This document shows, piece after piece, positions 57,501 through 64,000 of a stretch of DNA of 64,000 bases. A model generated the notes under the pieces. It was not told the origin of the DNA and ran no database searches. It saw only the letters and a list, made by a program, of their open reading frames with translations. The position numbers were made by a program, and so were the translations under genes. The stretch lies in NCBI GenBank assembly GCA_965153285.1, contig OZ229114.1. One strand, given 5' to 3'. Numbering within the stretch: position 1 is the first letter of the stretch; every line of letters begins with the position of its first letter. The DNA comes from Podarcis tiliguerta. Lineage: Eukaryota.

Positions 57501-59456
57501 AAACAGAATGATTTGCCTCCCCGAGGTAATTTCAGGAAACTCCCTAAGAGTTGTGCTTTTGTTCAATGTGCCAAGAAATTGAAATTGAAACGAATTCCCA
57601 TTTGGAGAGTTTTCCTAAATTACTTAATCAACAGAACAAGAGCAAAAATCTTGAGCTGGAAAGTATTTCGAAACACCAGGCAAGTGTGTGAAGCATTGTC
57701 CAGGAGAGATGGTGAAACACAGTGCTAATGGCCTATAAAAGGCCAAAAAAGAAAGGGGGGGGGGCAATGCTTTGATGCCTGTGCATGCAAGAAGCCACTT
57801 CATTTTACCTGGTTTATCAGAACCATGTATCATATGTAGCTCTTGAGATTTTCTTTCAAAATTATTTTGAAGGACTATTTGAATGTCAGCAGCATCTAAC
57901 CTTTGTGTACTGTGAGAGACTGGGAGATTAGTCAAATCATTTATAATGCTTCATTTCCCACAATTCATTTGTGTTCGAAACAGTTTACAAAAAAAAGTGT
58001 TACTGTTACTTTGCAATAGCTGAAGAACTCAGAAGTGATTATCTTTCAGCCTCCTGGCAAGTGTGCTGTGTGGTTGCTGCGGGTTATTATCTGCAGGTTA
58101 TCATCCTATCATCTCTGTGAATCCATTGCAGGCGGTCCCTTGGAGATTTGGTACAAGGTGTCATGCCAGCTTTATTTCTCAGTAGCGTTTGAATCAGGAG
58201 AGTGTATCTCTGGATCAATGCCTGGACTAGGTGGTAGTCTGGGTAAGAAGAAACTGATTTGGTATCCTGGCAAGACAGGCTTTGTGATTGGTTGGTTTTT
58301 GAGTCCAGATAATTGGTCAATTGCCTGCTTTGGACAGAGTTGTGCTCCTCCCAAAGGAGCAGGTTTGTAGTGTGGGGTTACTCTCTTTTTCACCAGAGAT
58401 GGACCCCAGTGGCCAGGAGAGACATTTTCTAGCTTTGGCTGATCAGACAGCTACAACTGTTTCTGGACCAGGGTAGCCTGACAGCCATGTGATACCTATA
58501 TGTGGATGTAGCTCTTTGTGGAACAGCCCTTGAGGTTAAACTGGAAGCTGCAGCTAGTGCAGAAAATGACAGCTCACTTTGGCTAAATATCACCATCATA
58601 TTAATGGGCTGTTGAAATAATACTGACAGCCCAGTACCTAATTGGCAAAGTTCAGGGTGCTGGCATGGGTGGAAAAAGGCCATATACAGCTGGGGATGAG
58701 GATACTGAAAACATATTCGCTTCCTTATATACCCAGCAGTCTGAGCCAGTGTGGTGTGGTGGTTGAGTGCCGGACTAAGACCTGTTCCAGGGATATAATG
58801 GAGTGGGGTGGAACAGGTGCACTACCTTGAGGTGCTCACTGGAGGACAGGTGGGATATAAACACAATAATGAAATAATAATAAATATAACTGATCCCTAC
58901 ATTCTGCAGGAGGGGGAATCCTGAAGATAGCATCTTATAAGGAGGTCTGTAGTGCAGCAGCAGCTATCCACTGGAACTCAGACAGGCACCATCTTCATTG
59001 TCTTTTTGGTGTCTGTTAAAGACTTCCCTTTTTCAATCAACTTTCCAATAGGAGATCTTTATTCGACACAATATCTGTATTGGATTCCAAATGGTTTTAA
59101 CTGTGTTTATATATGTACCGATTTGTAATTGTTTTATGCGTGCAATTGGTAGCTATTTTTATATATGCAGTTGTTTTATATATGTTGTTTTTGTATTGTG
59201 AAATTTTGTATTTGTTTGGTGAGATCACTTTGATGAAGCAATTCCGAAATTAAATAACAATATCATTTTTATGCAGCTGGCTCTTGAAAATTTGCCAGTG
59301 TTCCTGCACTGTATATCACAATTACATGCTGCTTATTTCATTAGGCTTTCCTCTCTGTTTTCTCCAGACGCTGCATTCAAATAGTGCACAAGCTGCTTTG
59401 CTACCAGAAGAAATGCAGAGTGAGGCTTCATTACACTTGGAGGGAACTCTGGTCAG
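27838..59456 (+). CDS. ARMH3: ARMH3 (C10orf76; armadillo-like helical domain protein 3, PI4KB interactor): 19 coding exons in window, 3' end outside window
   Basis: The spliced product [53 protein letters not shown]...[29 protein letters not shown] closely matches recalled vertebrate ARMH3; all introns are GT-AG with consistent phases. Confidence 0.96.
28396..28452 (+). CDS. ARMH3: ARMH3 coding exon 2 ([19 protein letters not shown])
   Basis: ttcag / gtaata, 57 nt. Confidence 0.93.
28595..28741 (+). CDS. ARMH3: ARMH3 coding exon 3 (VNLEYLEGK...VVNALQ)
   Basis: gacag / gtgctg, 147 nt. Confidence 0.92.
29193..29300 (+). CDS. ARMH3: ARMH3 coding exon 4 ([12 protein letters not shown]...ELCMK)
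   Basis: cacag / gtgagg, 108 nt. Confidence 0.93.
30420..30553. mobile_element. Old palindromic hAT-type MITE (same family as 9690-9823)
   Basis: Shared CTGTGGTCCTCCAGATGTTGGACT and GGCTGATGGG motifs. Confidence 0.55.
30610..31001 (+). mobile_element. tRNA-derived SINE interrupted by a hAT MITE
   Basis: A-box TAGCTCAGTGG, B-box-like TTCAATCC, 3' tail CTATGTTCCTA; uninterrupted relative at 38218-38413. Confidence 0.82.
30748..30933. mobile_element. hAT MITE nested in the SINE
   Basis: TIRs CAGGGGTAGTCAACC / GGTTGACAACCCTTG; 8-bp TSD GTGTAGAC at 30740-30747 and 30934-30941. Confidence 0.9.
31086..31178 (+). CDS. ARMH3: ARMH3 coding exon 5 ([10 protein letters not shown]...LCLVT)
   Basis: tctag / gtaagt, 93 nt. 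Confidence 0.93.
32284..32358 (+). CDS. ARMH3: ARMH3 coding exon 6 ([13 protein letters not shown]...AILQ)
   Basis: ttcag / gtaagt, 75 nt. Confidence 0.93.
32897..32983 (+). CDS. ARMH3: ARMH3 coding exon 7 ([12 protein letters not shown]...NYRKYE)
   Basis: tttag / gtgagt, 87 nt. Confidence 0.93.
33026..34841. mobile_element. hAT MITE split by a LINE insertion (left arm 33026-~33044, remainder ~34687-34841)
   Basis: TIRs CACGCATGCCCAAAGT / AGTTTGGGCATCCCTG; 8-bp TSD CCCTAGGG at 33018-33025 and 34842-34849. Confidence 0.8.
33045..34686 (-). mobile_element. 5'-truncated, disabled RTE/RTE-X-like LINE (RT C-terminal half, CCHC-like region, 3'UTR)
   Basis: Minus-strand translation [18 protein letters not shown] (~34530-34477), LLYVDDA (~34400) and ERVCPCG..ETVSH...C (ORF 33246-33680); stops and frameshifts; AATAAA plus ATTC-repeat tail. 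Confidence 0.85.
38218..38413 (+). mobile_element. tRNA-derived SINE (same family as 30610)
   Basis: Colinear with the SINE parts at 30610-30747 and 30942-31001; GTTCAATCC B-box; CTATGTTCC tail. Confidence 0.78.
38986..39227 (+). mobile_element. Tigger/pogo-like MITE family A, with an internal duplication (TGAGAACTTTGCCCCAGGAT twice)
   Basis: TIRs CAGTGGTACCTCGAGTTA / TAACTAGAGGTACCACTC, TA flanks. Confidence 0.85.
40807..41036. mobile_element. CpG-rich Tigger-like MITE (family B)
   Basis: TA-CAGTCATAGCTCAGGTTACA ... TGCAACCCGAGCGTCCACTG-TA; internal inverted repeat. Confidence 0.75.
42424..42480 (+). CDS. ARMH3: ARMH3 coding exon 8 ([19 protein letters not shown])
   Basis: tacag / gtgagt, 57 nt. 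Confidence 0.93.
42815..43045 (-). mobile_element. Degenerate tRNA-derived SINE (related fragment at ~58742-58885 +)
   Basis: Minus-strand AGCCAGG...GTGGTAAGA...CCCAGGTTCAAATC...GAAGCTCACTGG head. Confidence 0.45.
43269..43312 (+). CDS. ARMH3: ARMH3 coding exon 9 ([15 protein letters not shown])
   Basis: tacag / gtaagt, 44 nt. Confidence 0.92.
43954..44014 (+). CDS. ARMH3: ARMH3 coding exon 10 ([20 protein letters not shown])
   Basis: tttag / gtaagg, 61 nt. Confidence 0.92.
44022..44050. repeat. (GT)n microsatellite just after an ARMH3 donor site
   Basis: Direct observation. Confidence 0.95.
44264..44310 (+). CDS. ARMH3: ARMH3 coding exon 11 ([16 protein letters not shown])
   Basis: cacag / gtaagt, 47 nt. 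Confidence 0.92.
44999..45340 (-). mobile_element. 5'-truncated L1-like 3'UTR, copy 2
   Basis: Poly-T at the left end; direct repeats AGGGACCCA(G/A)CTTT at 44988 and 45341; similar to 2431-2818. Confidence 0.65.
45486..45561 (+). CDS. ARMH3: ARMH3 coding exon 12 ([25 protein letters not shown])
   Basis: tgtag / gtggga, 76 nt. Confidence 0.92.
47764..47860 (+). CDS. ARMH3: ARMH3 coding exon 13 (SHPEIGLVT...TTPPSSD)
   Basis: cctag / gtgagc, 97 nt; Pro/Thr-rich linker. Confidence 0.9.
50787..50888 (+). CDS. ARMH3: ARMH3 coding exon 14 ([18 protein letters not shown]...QDTK)
   Basis: cctag / gtaagc, 102 nt. Confidence 0.92.
53823..53881 (+). CDS. ARMH3: ARMH3 coding exon 15 ([19 protein letters not shown])
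   Basis: tgcag / gtaagc, 59 nt. Confidence 0.92.
54119..54157. repeat. Compound (CT)n(GT)n microsatellite
   Basis: Direct observation. Confidence 0.9.
54403..54545. repeat. ~51-56 bp imperfect tandem duplication running into (ATT)n
   Basis: GAGGCCATGAATTC.TATTATTTCC.TTTCAT occurs twice, then (ATT)n. Confidence 0.85.
55153..55218 (+). CDS. ARMH3: ARMH3 coding exon 16 ([22 protein letters not shown])
   Basis: aatag / gtgagt, 66 nt. Confidence 0.92.
55920..55989 (+). CDS. ARMH3: ARMH3 coding exon 17 ([23 protein letters not shown])
   Basis: Weak tgaag acceptor / gtaagt, 70 nt. Confidence 0.9.
57368..57428 (+). CDS. ARMH3: ARMH3 coding exon 18 ([20 protein letters not shown])
   Basis: tctag / gtaagt, 61 nt. 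Confidence 0.92.
59368..59456 (+). CDS. ARMH3: ARMH3 coding exon 19 ([29 protein letters not shown])
   Basis: tccag / gtaatt, 89 nt. Confidence 0.92.
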
Positions 59457-62400
59457 GTAATTATTATTATTTGCTTGCTTTCCTCTCTTCCAGTACCAGT
59501 TTATCCTTCTTGTCCCTTCGCAAGCTTGGTGTTTTGTTGTTCTAGAATCAGAATTACTACAATAACTGAAGTGTGTTGCCCATTGTCCTGTACCTTTCGA
59601 AGCATGATTACACCAGGAAGTATAATTGTGGGGAAGCAAGGAGCAGGAGAAATAGCTGTTTAAATCAAGCTGTATAAGTGGTTTACTTTAGGTCGAGCTT
59701 CCTCCATATCAGGTGAGAAATTTCTGTATAGGATCTGTTCTAATCGCTTTTAAATTTTAGAGCAGAAATAGGTGGGATCCTAACACGTGGGTGCTATTTT
59801 CCAAGTCCGGTTTTCCCTTTTGTCTCTGTAAGTTTCATCAGACAGATTTACTTTAAAGTCATATTGATGTTATATTATGCAATCCCCACTCCTACTCCTC
59901 ATCATTGGCTACTGCTGTGGGTGGAGAAAGGCGGGTAATATTCAGGTTTGCCTGAATATTAAAGAGGGGCGGTGGGGTGAGAACTTTGTGTCAGGCTACT
60001 GTGTCCATACTAGCCCTAATCCAAGTATTGTAGCTCTGCCCTGGGAGATTTAAACTGAAATGGGGCATAGCAGTACTTAATAGACAGGCAGTGGACTGAC
60101 TTTTGCCTCTGGAGGATGAAAAGGATTGAGCTAATCGGTTTGTCTAGCTTCTAATTCTGCCTTCCTGTTCTGTGCCTGGACCAGCAAGTAATTTTTGAGT
60201 ACAGCTAACTGTGCCCTCACCATAAAAGTTTCCATGCTTTAATAAAGAAGTTGTTATAGAAATGGTCTAGTCCTTTTATATGTCCTGGGAACAATAGTTA
60301 ATGGCTTGGTTTTTTCAATGAAACTCTTTAGGGAAGGGCAATTGGGAAGCTGCTTTAAATTGTTCTTAAAGCAGTGCTTTGTTAGATGGCTAGCAGTCTT
60401 ACCTCTGTGGCCAACTGCAGCTAGGTGAAAACACTGCTGTTATCTGATTCTGCCTCAATCAGTTCACATTTCTTTTTGTGACATGTGGCTCCTTTAGGTT
60501 TTCTAAAGCAGAGTACAGAGGATGATATATCTTTTCTCTATTAATGAATTAGCAATATTTCTGTCGTCCTTGCTTTTGTCAGAGCTGTGGCTGGCACTGA
60601 ACATTATGACAGTTTTCCCCTTCTCTCTCACCCTGATAATGTTTTTTGCTGCCACTTGGTACGAACTTGCATATCACACATTTTGCATTTCTAAGCATTG
60701 CTGGGGGAGGGCAGTTTTGTGGGGCTGCTGCTTTGGATAGCAGCTATGAAATATGTGTAACATCAAGCTCTGTTCAGTTGCACTTAAAGACAAGGCTGAT
60801 TCATATGGCGAAGTACCAAACCATTAGCTAGTGCCTGTCATTCTTGGAATGAATAATCTGACAGTTATCATTTACCCTATACACACCAGTGGAGCCATAT
60901 GCCTGGTGTTCATACAGCTTCTAAAAATACTGCTTGGAGGGCATGAAACATGCAATCCTAAAGACTTGCTGGTATCCTCTCCTGTTGGCTCTCCAATTTG
61001 TTTCCTGTCTTTGCTCAGGTCAAAAGCAAGTTCCTCTTGTCTACTGCATTCTGCCAAAACACTGGCTTGTTGCTCCTAAACTCTTCCTATGTATTTCAAC
61101 CACCAGATCTGTCTCCTATTGTGTATCTCCATTCTGTTCTTCTACACGCCCACACAAAGTTTGTTCTTGCTCCACTTTCTTCTTCCCCTATCTGTTCTTC
61201 AGAAGACTCCAACAGGGAAACATTGCTTAAGTCATCATAAAGGAAGCACATCAGGGTGGTGAGACTTGCAGCTTTAGTTGCAAGGAAAGCCCTCACAGTG
61301 TCTTACAACTAAAGAAAGTTAGATCAGCATATGCAGCACAAAGGTTTCTTGGGGCAAACCCCACATGTTTAGACAGTGGGTCATACTAGCCTCCCATCCA
61401 ACTTCCTGTTCATTTCGGAAGGCCTAGACCTTCATGGTTTCATATTCTGGTTTGGAGGGAGTCCTTAAGTCACAGTTTCCTGGTTCAGATGTTCAGAGAC
61501 TTGCTCAAGAAGCCAAAATAATTTTTCTGAAGGCAGATGTGAAAAGGACAAGGCGCGAACATGCGGGCACAACATTATTTAGCAGATCGAGATTGGGATG
61601 GCCAAACCAGGTCCAATGTGTGTCTTGTATGTGTGTGTGTGCTGAACTTGCCCTAGCCTAGGGCATACATGTTGACATCCCCAACATAATGCATTGTACG
61701 TTAAGCTGTCCCTGAAGATTGTTTGGAAATGTTAACTGTCTAGCTGTCCTGTCATTGTGAAAAGATCTCTACCTGTTTGCTTACAGGCACAATTCAAAGT
61801 GTTAGTGCTTCTGTACAGCCAAAACAGCTTGGACCCAAAGCCCTAAGTCTTTGAAGCCATGTGGGAAAGTGGATGCTTTCAATGGGGAGTTGCCCAGTTG
61901 CCCCCCAAGCATGCTGGGAAACACCCTTGGCTAAATGTGGGGAAATTTTGCAATGTCTTCCTGTACAGGATTCTAAGCTTGTACTTCGAAACGGATCACT
62001 CAGTGTATCCTCACACACCTCTTTTTAACCATTTACTAGTGATTGCCTGAGTACATAAGTGGAAAAGGTCAGACCCATCCTCCCACTGAGAGTAGAAAGG
62101 GAAAGTACGGAGAGGTAACCTTCCGGCATAAATTAATTATGTCAGATAAGAGATCCATGTATCTCAGAATAATTTATTTCTATTTGATTTTCATTCCTGG
62201 ATTATGCTGAGTAATCTCTATGCAATATCAGCGTATTGTCTTTTATTGACAAATATGTTAATTTCACCCTATTTTCTGGTATTTGATAATGGTTCACTTT
62301 GATGTAGTGTAAGATTTGTTCTGTAACTTTTTGCCTTGTCTTGTTCCTGATGTCCGAACCTACAGTTTGATTTTGTTGTACAAATGTTGTCTTCGTTTGT

Positions 62401-62504
62401 ATGGAGCAACTTCTCTCAATGAAAACAACATTTAAAAAACAAACAAACATTGGGATGAGGGTAATTATTAACTTGTTAATTATGAACCTGTTTGAAATCT
62501 GATC

Positions 62505-62860
62505 TGCTTCAGAGGCCCTTCTTCAGGTGCCCTCCTTGTCAGAAATTAGGTGGATGACAGCTTGGAAGCGAGTCTTTTTAGTAGTAGCTCTCCATCTTTG
62601 AAATACTCGCTCCAGATAAACTCAAGAGACATATAATGCTATTTCATTTAGGAACCAGTTTAATACCTTTTTCCTTAACAATATTTTTTAAAAAATTATG
62701 TTTCGCTATCCACTATTTTTGCTATGTTTATGTTATCTGTGTTTAATAGTGTTTTTAAAATAATAATATTTTTATGTAGTTATATAATTTTTTACTGTTT
62801 GAAGGCTTTTTTAAAAAGTCAGAATGCAACATTAACAATTGTGATGAATAAAAAATATGT
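62505..62860 (+). mobile_element. Degenerate L2-like LINE 3' fragment (similar piece at ~58935-59260)
   Basis: Remnant resembling the R(A)FSV.AP.LWN end of ORF2, followed by an AT-rich 3'UTR and AATAAA. Confidence 0.45.
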
Positions 62861-64000
62861 CATCATTTTGACTAGCCTGGATAGGGGTGTTCTGATCTGT
62901 GGTGGCATGACCTTTACAACAGCAGAATTTCCGCTCTTGCTTTGTTACTCCAGCGCCAAGAACACACATTTTGTATTGTGAGTATCAAGTGTATTTGTCA
63001 GAAAAACGTTGGAATAAAAAATAGAAATCAAAACATATGGATAAGGCATTGGTGCAATTTAAATCAATCAATCAATGCCACATCAAGTGCTGCATTTTGT
63101 TCAGGATAGCCCATGTTATGAAGGGTGTTGATAACCCAGCACTTAAAACAGTTGTATTGCCTTCACTGAAGTTCTGTATGTCCATGTTTTTAAAGTAGAG
63201 TACTGTGTAGGTGTTAGCACAGTTTATTACTTTCAGTGATCAGGTGGTAGATTGCAGAGTACCCATTCACAGCAGGCATTTCTTCTGCCTGTGGCGTTGT
63301 GTGGCCAGGCACACCTCCGCTTTCACTTATATATCCCCAGCTCCCTTTTGGCAAAATCCCGTTGCTTTCTTGGCTGATTGACAGCAAGGCTTCCAGCACA
63401 AGTAGTGTCCCCTGGTAATTGCCTGCCATGTCCATGAATTCTGGGGGAGACTGTGCCTCAGGGAAGTTTGATGCACTTGTTTGTAAGAAAAGAACATCTA
63501 TTTCTAGAGCAAACTCTGAATCCATGAGTATCTCTCTGGAGGACGGTGCTGATACCTCGCTGTCAGACCCTATTTGTAAATAATCCTCTCTCTCACCAAG
63601 TGTGTTTTGATCACCCTCGTGTCGCAATTTGATTGGTGCTTAGTGTGGCTGCTTCCTGCATCCTGCTTAGCAAACAACCCCCTGCTACTCCCTTAGGAGA
63701 TTTCTTCCTGGAGTTTTCCTGCTTCCTGCCTTTGAGTACTTGTTGTTAAGACATCATGGTATTATTGCAAGTATAATGTGCAGGCCTCAAAAGAATTGCT
63801 TTGGAAGTGGAAAAATAGAAATATACTGACGCTGCCGCCTTAGGGCAGTCTCAGTTGCTTTATGTGGAAAGTGTGTCTATCCACAAAGGGTTTGACCAGG
63901 CTGTGTTTACCTGATGGCATTCACTCTGGCAATAGTTAATTCTAGTTGCCTGTTGGCATTAAGGTACAAACCAGAGATCCTAGTGCTACGGTCTGCTCAG

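Noticed and set aside
1-64000. CRISPR arrays, operons or prokaryotic defence systems
   Set aside because: The sequence is intron-rich vertebrate DNA with no repeat-spacer arrays; most short ORF-track entries are chance ORFs.

Overview
Vertebrate genomic DNA, not prokaryotic. The repeat content (CR1, L2 and RTE-like LINEs, tRNA-derived SINEs, Tigger and hAT MITEs) suggests a squamate reptile, plausibly a lacertid lizard; this is an inference. Three genes are supported. (1) The last 11 coding exons of a prominin-family gene (+, 415-8737), probably the non-mammalian third paralog (prominin-3 / 'prominin-1-A-like'). (2) The intronless HPS6 CDS (-, 18445-15998, 815 aa from the first in-frame ATG), convergent with the prominin gene. 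(3) ARMH3/C10orf76 (+), head-to-head with HPS6, with a CpG-island promoter near 21.2 kb and 19 coding exons from 27838 to 59456; it continues past the window end. Introns carry many transposon remnants, including two clean nested insertions with 8-bp target-site duplications. I found no convincing novel multi-gene system. The best leads are an AUGA-overlapping uORF on HPS6, a candidate poison exon and a uORF-bearing 5'UTR exon in ARMH3, the heavily glycosylated prominin paralog, and the nested transposons. All family assignments are from memory; no searches were run.
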